Shown here piece by piece: positions 53,155 to 62,184 of a DNA stretch of 64,000 nt (position 1 is the first letter of the stretch; every line of letters starts with the position of its first letter). A program made the translations under genes and the position numbers. The notes beneath the pieces were generated by a model. The model was not told the origin of the DNA and ran no database searches. It saw only the letters and a program-made list of their open reading frames with translations. Source of the stretch: an uncultured Planctomycetota bacterium (GTDB taxonomy: Bacteria; Planctomycetota; Phycisphaerae; Tepidisphaerales; Tepidisphaeraceae); the NCBI GenBank assembly GCA_963841915.1, contig CAWJEN010000005.1, positions 1,152,001-1,216,000 on the forward strand. The letters are read 5' to 3'.

Positions 53155-55338
53155 TTACTCCGACGGCCACTCCATCTTGAGCGCTTCGACAAGGAACGCG
53201 TACAGCTCCGCCTGTTCGTCGAGAGCCATTGCGAGCGGTTTGCCGGCACCGTGGCCGGTGCCAACGTCGTAGCGGAGCAGGAAGGGGCCGCCCTCGGCTT
53301 CGTGTTGCAGGGCTGCGACCCACTTGAGGCTGTGGGCCGGTACGACGCGGTCGTCCCCGTCGCCCGTCGTGACCAGGATCGGCGGAAGCTGCTTGTCCGT
53401 CGGCACGGTGTGCAGCGGGCTGTACGTCATGAGGTTCTCGAACGCGGCCGCGTCCTCGTCGGCGTTGCCGTACTCGACGGTCCAGAACCGGCCGGTCCCA
53501 AACGTGTGGTAGCGGAGCATGTCCGTGACCGGCACCGCCGAGTGGACGGCACCGAACAGCTCAGGCCGTTGCTGTACGACGGCTGCGACGAGCAGTCCGC
53601 CGTTGCTGCCGCCTTGAATGGCGAGCTTCTCGGGCGACGTGTAGCCCTCACTTGTCAGAAACTCACCGGCTGCGATGAAGTCGTCGAACACGTTTTGTTT
53701 CTGGTCGAGCATGCCCGCTTCGTGCCACGGCTGCCCGTACTCACCGCCGCCCCGCAGATTGGCCACTGCAAACACGCCGCCCTGTTCGAGCCACGCCAGT
53801 CGCACGGAACTGAAGAAGGGCGTGAGGCTGACGTCGAAGCCGCCGTAGCCGTAGAGGATGGTCGGGTTGGTGCCGTCGAGCTCTAGGCCCTTCTTATGCG
53901 TGATGAACATCGGCACCTTCGTGCCGTCGGCGCTTTCGTAGAAGACCTGTGTCGACTTGTAGGCGTCGGGATCGAAACCGGCCGGGGCGTTGCTGGCGAG
54001 CTTCGTCAGCTCACCGCTCGACAGGTTGTACTCAAAAGGCGTCGAGGGGTAGGTAAAGCCGGTGAAGCCGAAGTAAAGCGTGTCGTGCCACGGATCGCCG
54101 TCAAGGCTGCTGACGCTACCGACGGCCGGCAGTTCGATCGTCTGCTCGTCGCCGCCTTCAAGGTTGTAATGCTTGAGCACGCTCTTTGCGTCCTGCATGT
54201 ACAGGGCGACGTAGCGATCTCCTGCACGTACCACTTGCTCCAGCTTTGTGCCGGGCGTTGTTGGTTCGGCGATGACAGTCTGCCAATGCTCCGGATCGCT
54301 GTTGGCCGGGTCGATGAAGACGAACTTACCTGCCGGTGCGTCACGATTGGTGAGCGTCGCCATGAAAGCTTTGTCACCTTCAGGTGTCGAGCGGGTCGGG
54401 TCGTCGACCACGCTGTACTCGGCCTGGCCGGCGGGGAACAACTCGCGGAAACCACCCGGATAGGCGGGGTTGCAGCACTGAGCCTTGTACTGAATCCCTG
54501 CCCGCCGATCGGTGCCTGTGTAGGTGTAAATGAGGAAGAACTCGCCTTCGCTCGTGACGCTCGGGGCCAGGCTCAGCTCGGGCGTCTCGGGAAAGTCGAG
54601 AATCTTGACGTCTTCGGACTGATCGGTTTCGAGGTCATGCCAGTAGAGCGTCTGGTTGAGGCGGCTGTCGATGGAGGGGTACTTCGAGTACCAGAACCCG
54701 CGGCCACCGGGGTGCCAGGCGATGGAGCTGAACCGCATGTTCTCCATCTGCTCGGGGTAATGCTCGCCGAGCTTGCCGGGTCGCAGATCCATGATGCGGA
54801 TGACGCGGTCGTCGCTGCCGCCTTCGCTGACCGCGTAGGCCATGCTCGTGCCGTCGGGGCTGGGCCAGGTGCCGGCAAGTGCAGTCGTGCCATCATCGCT
54901 GAAGATGTTGGGGTCGATGAGGAGCTTGAACTCGCCCTCGGTGGCCGGGCCGCTGATGTGCAGCACGCTGTGGTTCTGCAGGCCGTTGTTCTCGTACCGA
55001 AAGGTCTGCGTGCCACGCCCGGTCAGGCCGCTCGTGTCGTCGCGCCCGGCCCGGCTGGGCGTGCTGACTCGTTCGTAATCGACGAGCGAATCCAACCGCT
55101 CGCGGATAGTCTCCACGAGGGCGACGTCGACGTACGCGTCGAACAGCTCGTTCTGACTATTAATAAAAGACCGCGTCTCGGCGGCATTGGGTGTCTCGAG
55201 CCAGCGGTACGGGTCAGCGACGGCGGTGCCGTGGTAGTCGGTCGAAGCGTCGCCGCGTGTGGCAACGGGGTACTCGGCGGCAACGACAGAAGCTGACAGC
55301 ATGGCACAAGCGACAAGTGCGAGAGATGAAGTACGCAT
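53155..55338 (-). CDS. Prolyl oligopeptidase (S9A), exported
   Basis: DPYRWLE, LYGYGGF, RGGGEYG, GGSNGG (Ser), DDRV (Asp), GHG (His); signal peptide. Confidence 0.95.
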   Translation of the reverse strand: MRTSSLALVACAMLSASVVAAEYPVATRGDASTDYHGTAVADPYRWLETPNAAETRSFINSQNELFDAYVDVALVETIRERLDSLVDYERVSTPSRAGRDDTSGLTGRGTQTFRYENNGLQNHSVLHISGPATEGEFKLLIDPNIFSDDGTTALAGTWPSPDGTSMAYAVSEGGSDDRVIRIMDLRPGKLGEHYPEQMENMRFSSIAWHPGGRGFWYSKYPSIDSRLNQTLYWHDLETDQSEDVKILDFPETPELSLAPSVTSEGEFFLIYTYTGTDRRAGIQYKAQCCNPAYPGGFRELFPAGQAEYSVVDDPTRSTPEGDKAFMATLTNRDAPAGKFVFIDPANSDPEHWQTVIAEPTTPGTKLEQVVRAGDRYVALYMQDAKSVLKHYNLEGGDEQTIELPAVGSVSSLDGDPWHDTLYFGFTGFTYPSTPFEYNLSSGELTKLASNAPAGFDPDAYKSTQVFYESADGTKVPMFITHKKGLELDGTNPTILYGYGGFDVSLTPFFSSVRLAWLEQGGVFAVANLRGGGEYGQPWHEAGMLDQKQNVFDDFIAAGEFLTSEGYTSPEKLAIQGGSNGGLLVAAVVQQRPELFGAVHSAVPVTDMLRYHTFGTGRFWTVEYGNADEDAAAFENLMTYSPLHTVPTDKQLPPILVTTGDGDDRVVPAHSLKWVAALQHEAEGGPFLLRYDVGTGHGAGKPLAMALDEQAELYAFLVEALKMEWPSE

Positions 55339-55539
55339 CGCTTAACGGTAGTGCGATGACCTTGTGAAGTTGCAACCCGGACCTGCAGGGCCACAGTCCG
55401 ACATCATTGAGTACGTGGCGTCGCTTGGGTTGTCGCAGTTGCCCGTGAGGCGGCGTGGTGTACGCTCCCGCCCACCATCTGCACGGGGCGACGTTGCCCT
55501 GTGCGTCCGCCACCAGCCGCCAATGCGCTAGGAGAAGCC

Positions 55540-56766
55540 GTGTCCGAAATGAACTTGCCTGACGACCACCATCTGTTCACCAGCGAGAGCGTCTCAATGG
55601 GTCACCCTGACAAGGTGAGTGACCAAATCAGCGACGCCATTCTCGACGAGATTATGCGTGGCGACTCTGACCCCGCCAACGCACGTGTGGCCGTCGAGAC
55701 GCTGTGCACCACCGGGCAAGTCGTCGTGGCCGGCGAGGTTCGGACCGACAGCTACGTGCAGGTCGACGAGGTTGTCCGTCAGACCATCAAGGACATCGGC
55801 TACATCTACAACGATATCGGCTTCAGCTACGACTCGTGTGGCGTCCTCAACGCCATTCACGCACAGTCGGCGGACATCGCCCAAGGCGTCGACAAGTCGA
55901 GCGACGTCGAAGGCGAGCAGGGTGCGGGCGACCAGGGTCTGATGTTCGGCTACGCCAACCGCGAAACCGATGTCTTGATGCCGCTGCCGATTCACCTGAG
56001 CCACCGCATCGTCGAGAAACTGGCCGATCTGCGGGCCAGCGGTGAGATGGACTGGCTGCGACCCGACGCCAAGAGCCAGGTCACCGTCGAATACGACGGC
56101 GACGGCAAGCCGGTCAAGCTCCGTACGATTGTCGTCAGCACGCAGCACGCTGCGAGCAAGCTCGACAGCACGGGCAACCTCATGAACGATGAGGCCAAAC
56201 GCGAGATTATCGAGAAGGCGATCAAGCCGTGCCTGCCCGATGAGTACGCGGGTGACGACATCAAGTACCACATTAACCCGACGGGCAAGTTCGTCATCGG
56301 TGGTCCACACGGCGATGCGGGTCTGACGGGGCGAAAAATCATCGTCGACACCTACGGCGGTCGCGGCCGACACGGCGGCGGTGCGTTCAGCGGTAAGGAT
56401 CCGAGCAAAGTCGACCGCTCTGCCGCCTACGCCGCCCGGTACGTCGCCAAGAACATCGTCGCAGGCGGGTTGGCCGACGAGTGCGAAGTGCAGCTCGCCT
56501 ACGCCATCGGCGTGGCAGAGCCTGTCAGCGTCAACGTCACCACGTTCGGCACCGGCAAGATCAGCGAGGCCAAGATCGCCAAGCTTATCCGCGACCACTT
56601 CAAGCTCACACCCAAGGGCCTGATCGGCATGCTCGACCTCGTCAAGCCGATCTACAAGCAGACGGCTGCCCACGGCCACTTCGGCCGCGAGCCGGGCACC
56701 GACGGCGGCTTCTCCTGGGAGAAGACCGACAAGGCTGATGCCCTGAAGCAGGCGGCAGGTTTGTAG
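55540..56766 (+). CDS. metK: S-adenosylmethionine synthetase
   Basis: [40 protein letters not shown] before the GTG start. Confidence 0.98.
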   Translation: MSEMNLPDDHHLFTSESVSMGHPDKVSDQISDAILDEIMRGDSDPANARVAVETLCTTGQVVVAGEVRTDSYVQVDEVVRQTIKDIGYIYNDIGFSYDSCGVLNAIHAQSADIAQGVDKSSDVEGEQGAGDQGLMFGYANRETDVLMPLPIHLSHRIVEKLADLRASGEMDWLRPDAKSQVTVEYDGDGKPVKLRTIVVSTQHAASKLDSTGNLMNDEAKREIIEKAIKPCLPDEYAGDDIKYHINPTGKFVIGGPHGDAGLTGRKIIVDTYGGRGRHGGGAFSGKDPSKVDRSAAYAARYVAKNIVAGGLADECEVQLAYAIGVAEPVSVNVTTFGTGKISEAKIAKLIRDHFKLTPKGLIGMLDLVKPIYKQTAAHGHFGREPGTDGGFSWEKTDKADALKQAAGL

Positions 56767-56780
56767 GGTCAGACGACCCT

Positions 56781-56818
56781 GAGCCGCGGTCCGTGGGACC
56801 GCGGCTCGGGGCTCTTTC
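56781..56818 (+). terminator. Hairpin after metK (terminator-like)
   Basis: GAGCCGCGGTCC-GTG-GGACCGCGGCTC; weak U tract. Confidence 0.55.
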
Positions 56819-56896
56819 CGTCTCCCGCAATGCGATTCCCAAGCGCGTCGAGCGACAGAACGTGCATTCGTCGGCGACACTGCTTACTTTATAAGC

Positions 56897-58537
56897 ATGA
56901 CAAATGCGGCAGCCTCAGCCCCGTCAAGCCGGGCAGAGCTAGAGAAGCAAACCCTATCCGACGTCGGACGCCTCCTGTCCAGCTCGCTCGAGCTCGGTGA
57001 GGCGTTCGAGCGGATGATGACCGTCGTTAACGACCGGCTCGAGCTTCGCCGCGGCACCCTTGTCCTGCTCGACGAGGCGACCGGCAAGCTGAGGACGGAA
57101 GGGGCGGTCGGACTGACCGGCGAAGACATTCGCAACAACCGCTTCAGCCTCGGCGAAGGTGTGACAGGCAACGTCGTTGCCACCGGCAGGCGGCGGGTCG
57201 TGGCTGACATTCGCAGCGAGCCTGACTTCCTTAACCGCACGAGTCGACTCGACCAGAACAAAAAGGACGGAGAAAGCGGGCAGACGAGCTTTATCTGCGT
57301 GCCGATCAAGATCGACGACCGCCCCATTGGTGCCCTGGCCGTCGACCTGCCGTTCCGCGGTGATGAAGAACTCGTCGCCGACGCAGATTTCATCAGCATC
57401 ATCGCCGCTTTTCTCGGCGGAGCGGTGCAGATCAACCAGATGATCCTGCGGGACAAGCAGGAGCTCATCGAGGAGAACACGCGGCTCCGCCAGAACGTTC
57501 GCGAGCGGTTCCGCTTCGAGAACATCATCGGCGACAGTCCGGCCATGAGCGAGGTCTACGCGACCGTCGCCCAAGTGGCCAACAGCCGGGCGACGGTGCT
57601 GATCCTGGGCGAGACCGGCACCGGTAAAGAGATGATTGCCAAGGCGATCCACTTCAACAGCCCACGAAGCGAAAAACCCTTTATCCGCGTCAACTGCGGC
57701 GCCCTCACCGGCACCTTGCTCGAAAGCGAGCTGTTCGGCCACGTCAAAGGCAGCTTCACCGGCGCGATCCGCGACAAAATCGGTCGCTTCGAGGCGGCCG
57801 ACGGCGGCACGATCTTCCTCGACGAAATCGGTACGATGGAGCCGCAGTTGCAGGTCAAATTGCTCCGCGTCCTCCAGGAGCGAGAGTTCGAAAAGGTCGG
57901 CGACACCGAGACGCAAAAGGTCGACGTCCGCGTCATCGCCGCGACCAACGTCGATCTTCAGGAGGAAGTCGCCAAGGAAAGCTTTCGCGAGGACCTGTTC
58001 TACCGACTCAACGTCGTGACCGTCTTCCTGCCGCCGCTTCGCAATCGGCGGGAGGACATTCCGTCGCTGCTCGACTTCTTCCTGAACCGATTCAACAAGG
58101 AGAATGATCGGAATCTCAGCCGCATCAGCCGAGAGTTCCTGACGCTGCTGACGCGTTACCCCTGGCCGGGCAACGTGCGTGAGCTGGAGAACATGGTCGA
58201 GCGTGCGGTGGTGCTGAGCGTGGACGAGGATTTTACGGAAGATTTGCTGCCATTGAGCGTTCGCATGTTCGCCCAGCAGGGCCGCACGGGAAGCTGGTCG
58301 AGCGACCAGACACTCGACGGCCTCGCGCGTGCACTGGCCGACAGAGCGACAAGCGGCTTCGACCTCGACGAGGGTCAGATCCACGCCGCCACCATCGACG
58401 CCGTCGAAGGCGCGTTGATCGAGCGTGCCCTCACCCGCTGCGGCGGCACGAAAACACGCGCCGCCGACTTCCTCGGGATCAACCGCAACACGCTCAACAA
58501 GAAGGTCAAGGACCTCGACATCCACGCCGCCGACTGA
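56897..58537 (+). CDS. Sigma54-dependent enhancer-binding protein, GAF-AAA+-Fis HTH (NifA-like architecture)
   Basis: GAF (GEGVTG), GETGTGKE, ESELFGH, GSFTGA, FLDEIG, WPGNVREL, AADFLGINRNTL. Confidence 0.93.
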   Translation: MTNAAASAPSSRAELEKQTLSDVGRLLSSSLELGEAFERMMTVVNDRLELRRGTLVLLDEATGKLRTEGAVGLTGEDIRNNRFSLGEGVTGNVVATGRRRVVADIRSEPDFLNRTSRLDQNKKDGESGQTSFICVPIKIDDRPIGALAVDLPFRGDEELVADADFISIIAAFLGGAVQINQMILRDKQELIEENTRLRQNVRERFRFENIIGDSPAMSEVYATVAQVANSRATVLILGETGTGKEMIAKAIHFNSPRSEKPFIRVNCGALTGTLLESELFGHVKGSFTGAIRDKIGRFEAADGGTIFLDEIGTMEPQLQVKLLRVLQEREFEKVGDTETQKVDVRVIAATNVDLQEEVAKESFREDLFYRLNVVTVFLPPLRNRREDIPSLLDFFLNRFNKENDRNLSRISREFLTLLTRYPWPGNVRELENMVERAVVLSVDEDFTEDLLPLSVRMFAQQGRTGSWSSDQTLDGLARALADRATSGFDLDEGQIHAATIDAVEGALIERALTRCGGTKTRAADFLGINRNTLNKKVKDLDIHAAD

Positions 58538-58580
58538 CGGCGGGTCGCTACTTAAGCATCTCAGCAGTGGATCAGCCCGT

Positions 58581-58922
58581 TCAGGTCGCCGGCCGGCCCT
58601 CGATCTGCACCGCCGCTAACGCCAGCGGGACGCTCTCGTAGCGGCTGAACAGCTTGTCGAGACGGCTCAGCTCGAAGGCACGCCATAGTTCGTCCTTCAC
58701 CGCGCACAGTGCGACGCGACAGCCGGTCTCGCTAAGCAGCTTGCGAAGGCCGACGAGCTGGGCGAGGTTGCTCGAGTTGACGAACGTGACCGTCGCCATA
58801 TCGAGAATGGCGTGTCGCGGTTCCTCTTCGAGTTCGCGCTCGAGTTCCTCCATCTCGTCGCCGAACGACGGATCATCGGCCAGATGGGCCACACAAACGG
58901 TTTCGTTCCAGTCGACCGGCAT
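58581..58922 (-). CDS. STAS domain protein (anti-sigma factor antagonist)
   Basis: ILDMATVTFVNSSNLAQL, FELSRLDKLF. Confidence 0.85.
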   Translation of the reverse strand: MPVDWNETVCVAHLADDPSFGDEMEELERELEEEPRHAILDMATVTFVNSSNLAQLVGLRKLLSETGCRVALCAVKDELWRAFELSRLDKLFSRYESVPLALAAVQIEGRPAT

Positions 58923-58989
58923 CGCAGCACGGTAACGACCCACGGCACAAGGTGAAAGGTGCGACCTCTTGCCCGTCTACCCTGCCGAC

Positions 58990-60303
58990 ATGCCGATTCC
59001 GGTCATCGCGCTCGACTCACCGCAAGGCCCGCAGCAGGTCGAGGCCATGTTGCACCGCCTGCGGCTCGACCCGCGCGACCTGTTCCGCGACGACGAAGCG
59101 ACCCGCAGCGTTCGGCAGATTCTGCAGGACGTGGCCGAGCGGGGCGATGAGGCACTCGTCGAGTCGGCAAGGCGGTTCGACGATCCAAAGTTTGATGCGA
59201 AGGACCTTGTCGCGACGCCGGACGAGATGGCCGCGGCGGCGGAACGGGTCGATGCCGACCTGATGGCTCACCTTCGCCGGGCAATCGAGCAGGTTCGCTC
59301 GTATCAGCAACAGATTCTTCCCGACGACGTGAGCTTCGAGCGGGAAGGCGTGCGGCTGGGTCTGCGGTACACGCCGCTCGCGTCGGCCGGTTGCTATGTG
59401 CCGGGCGGCAAGGCGAGTTATCCGTCGAGCCTGATTCACCTGGCGGTGCCGGCACAGGTTGCGGGCGTGAGCGAGGTGGTCGCGACGACGCCGCCCAGTG
59501 CGTACGGCAAGAGTGACCTTGTCCTCGCCGCGGCACACGAGCTTGCACTCTCGAAGCTCGTCCGCGTCGGTGGGCCGGCTGCCATCGCGGCGCTGGCGTT
59601 TGGCACCGAGAGTGTGCCGCGCGTCGACAAAATCGTCGGTCCCGGTAACACCTACGTGCAGATTGCCAAGCGGCTTGTCGCCGGTGGCGTGGCGGTTGAC
59701 GGCTTCCTCGGGCCGAGCGAAGTGCTTGTGTTTGCGGACGATTCTCCAGAGCCGGCGTATGTGGCTGCCGACCTGCTGGCCCAGGCGGAGCACGATCCGG
59801 GCAGCTGTTATCTGCTGACGACCGACCCGACACTGCCCGCGAAGGTGAAGGCCGAGCTGGAGAAGCAGCTTGCCAAGTTGTCCCGCCGGGATGCTGCCGC
59901 CAAGGCTTTGGCGAGTGAGTCAGCAATCATCTGGTGCGAGGACGAGGCGCGTTTGCTGGCCTTGGCGAACAGCTTCGCCGCTGAGCACCTCAGCGTGCAG
60001 ACGCGTGATCCGCGTGCGACGCTGGCGAAGATTTCCAACGCCGGTTGTGCGTTTCTTGGGCCGTGGAGCCCGGTCGCGGCAGGTGATTACGTGGCCGGGC
60101 CCAGTCACTGTCTGCCGACGAATACGACGGCCCGCTTCGGCGGCGGGATCAGCGTGTTCGAGTTCCTCAAGCGGGGCGGCGTCGTGCAGTACGACGAGGC
60201 GTCACTGCAGGCCGATGCCTCTGCGGTGACGGCTCTGGCCGACGCTGAAGGGCTCGACGCCCACGCCCAAAGCGTGCGTGTGCGTACCGGCCCGCGGATA
60301 TAG
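58990..60303 (+). CDS. hisD: Histidinol dehydrogenase
   Basis: YVPGG, GPGNTYV, GPSEV, DLLAQAEHD, AEHL, GDYVAGPSHCLPT. Confidence 0.96.
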   Translation: MPIPVIALDSPQGPQQVEAMLHRLRLDPRDLFRDDEATRSVRQILQDVAERGDEALVESARRFDDPKFDAKDLVATPDEMAAAAERVDADLMAHLRRAIEQVRSYQQQILPDDVSFEREGVRLGLRYTPLASAGCYVPGGKASYPSSLIHLAVPAQVAGVSEVVATTPPSAYGKSDLVLAAAHELALSKLVRVGGPAAIAALAFGTESVPRVDKIVGPGNTYVQIAKRLVAGGVAVDGFLGPSEVLVFADDSPEPAYVAADLLAQAEHDPGSCYLLTTDPTLPAKVKAELEKQLAKLSRRDAAAKALASESAIIWCEDEARLLALANSFAAEHLSVQTRDPRATLAKISNAGCAFLGPWSPVAAGDYVAGPSHCLPTNTTARFGGGISVFEFLKRGGVVQYDEASLQADASAVTALADAEGLDAHAQSVRVRTGPRI

Positions 60304-60332
60304 ATGCTGCTGGACGACCTACGTTCTGCCCC

Positions 60333-61259
60333 GTGGACCGACGCCTGCTCATTCTCGGCGTTGGCATCGTTGCCCTGTCGACAGCAGTGGTGTTCGTCAA
60401 GCTCAGCGAGTTGCCGCCCTCGTTTCTGGCGTCGATGCGGTTGCTGCTCGGAGCGTTGATTTTGTGGCCCTTCGTCGGTGGCAAGATCGAGCGGCTGCCC
60501 GGTAGGCGGCACCCGCTGATCGCGGCGCTGCCGGCGGCGTTGTTGCTGGGGGCTCACTTTGTCACCTGGTTCATTGGCGTCCGTGAGACCACAGCCGCCA
60601 ATGCGACGCTCATCGTCAATCTCTCTCCGGTCATCATGCCGTTCGCATTGCTGGCGATCGTCGGTGAGCGGGTGACGGGACGGGAAGTCGTCGGCAGCAT
60701 CCTGGCGGTCATGGGTGTCGTCGTGCTCGGGGCCGACTCGGCGTCGATCGACGCCACCTCCTTACGCGGCGATCTCATCTGCGTCGTCGGCATGGTGCTG
60801 GCGGTGCTGTACCTCGTGCTGGCCAGACGCAATGCAGGCGGGCGTGGCATCATCAGCTACCTCGTGCCACTCTACGCGATCGCGGGGGTGGCCACGCTCA
60901 TCTACTCCGCGGCGTCGGGTGAGATTGCTCAGATGCTGCGGACGACTTACAGCTGGCCGCGTGAGCTGCTCCTGATGGTGACGTTGGCCGTCGTGCCTAC
61001 CGCGTTCGGGCACAGCGTGCTGAACTGGGCGATGGTGCACCTGCGTGGCCAGGTGGTCGCGACGGCGAGTCTCGGGCAGGTTGTATTTGCGGCGATACTG
61101 GCGTGGTGGGCACTGGGCGAGGTACCGGCAGACAGCTTTTATCTGGCGTGTGTGTTCATCGGGCTCGGAGCGTTGGTGGTGATCCTGAAGCCGCGGAAGC
61201 GGGCTGAGCCGGTCGAGCCCGTGGTCCTCGAAGTCGAGGCGGCCGAGCCGGCGTCCTGA
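60333..61259 (+). CDS. DMT/EamA family transporter
   Basis: About 10 TM segments in two EamA repeats; GD.., GHS..NWA, LGEVP. Confidence 0.85.
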   Translation: MDRRLLILGVGIVALSTAVVFVKLSELPPSFLASMRLLLGALILWPFVGGKIERLPGRRHPLIAALPAALLLGAHFVTWFIGVRETTAANATLIVNLSPVIMPFALLAIVGERVTGREVVGSILAVMGVVVLGADSASIDATSLRGDLICVVGMVLAVLYLVLARRNAGGRGIISYLVPLYAIAGVATLIYSAASGEIAQMLRTTYSWPRELLLMVTLAVVPTAFGHSVLNWAMVHLRGQVVATASLGQVVFAAILAWWALGEVPADSFYLACVFIGLGALVVILKPRKRAEPVEPVVLEVEAAEPAS

Positions 61260-61485
61260 TTGGCACCGTCGACCCATCTTCAACGCGTTGTGTGACGCTG
61301 CGTTGCATCCAGCAGGCCGTCCGCGGCGTAACGTGGTGACTGGACGGACCGGTAATTCGTGATGCCCGGCTCGAAGTGGCCCCGCGTCGCGTACCGGCTA
61401 TGTTGGCACCAAGAGAGGTCGATCGGGTAGGGCCCGTCGATATCGAATCGGGTCCAGTGCCTACTAAGGGGGAAACGTCGACGTC

Positions 61486-62184
61486 ATGTTGAATCTGAAG
61501 GACAATCCGCCAGTCAAACCGACGGCCATCTCTGCGCTTGGCGAGATCAAGGGTGACTGGTACGTCGCGCACACGAAGGGTCGCAACGAGAAGGCGTTTG
61601 CGTGGGATCTGGTACGAAAGAACGTGCCGCACTTCCTGCCGATGGTTGAGAAGGTGACCTTCAGCGGCGGTCGCAAGCGGCGGAACATGGCAGCCTTGTT
61701 CCCGGGCTACGTGTTCTTCGCCGGGAATGGCGACACGCGGCTTGACGCCTTTTCGACCAACCGGCTGTGCCAGATCATCGACGTTCGTGATCAGGTCGGC
61801 CTCGTCAGCGAACTCAGTCAGATCGACATCGTCCTGACCACCGGGCACGACGTGGCGTACTTCCCTCACGCAGCGGTTGGCAAGCGGGTGCGGGTCAACG
61901 GTGGTCCTTTTGAGGGCAGCGAAGGTGTGGTCATCGAGCACCAGGAGGCCGACGCCCGTGAGACGACAGACGGGTTGATGGTGGTTCTGAGCGTCTCGAT
62001 TCTGGGCGTGGGCGCGGGGATTCGCGTGCCGCCGAGCCTGCTCGCGCCTGCCGACGATCTGGTTCCGACCATCGCAATCAAGGGGCCGAAGTACGAGCGG
62101 GTCGAGGCTCCCAAGCGGGTGCTGCGCGGCAAGCAGCTTCCGCCCGAGACACGCGGCCTCTTGCATCGAGAGGAGCCGGTATGA
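61486..62184 (+). CDS. Specialised NusG paralog (RfaH/UpxY/LoaP-like antiterminator)
   Basis: WYVAHTKGRNEK, LFPGYVF, KOW motif GKRVRVNGGPFEGSEG; first gene of a polysaccharide operon, not in secE-rplK context. Confidence 0.88.
   Translation: MLNLKDNPPVKPTAISALGEIKGDWYVAHTKGRNEKAFAWDLVRKNVPHFLPMVEKVTFSGGRKRRNMAALFPGYVFFAGNGDTRLDAFSTNRLCQIIDVRDQVGLVSELSQIDIVLTTGHDVAYFPHAAVGKRVRVNGGPFEGSEGVVIEHQEADARETTDGLMVVLSVSILGVGAGIRVPPSLLAPADDLVPTIAIKGPKYERVEAPKRVLRGKQLPPETRGLLHREEPV

Noticed and set aside
55340..55539. Possible SAM riboswitch upstream of metK
   Set aside because: Only a simple hairpin (GCACGGGGCG-ACGT-TGCCCTGTGC, 55481-55504) after a plausible TTGCCC-N16-TACGCT promoter; no SAM-I/II/IV core motifs recognisable by eye. 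An Rfam search would settle it.
56897..58537. nifA / nitrogen fixation
   Set aside because: The GAF-AAA-HTH architecture is shared by many activators, and there are no nif genes in the window.
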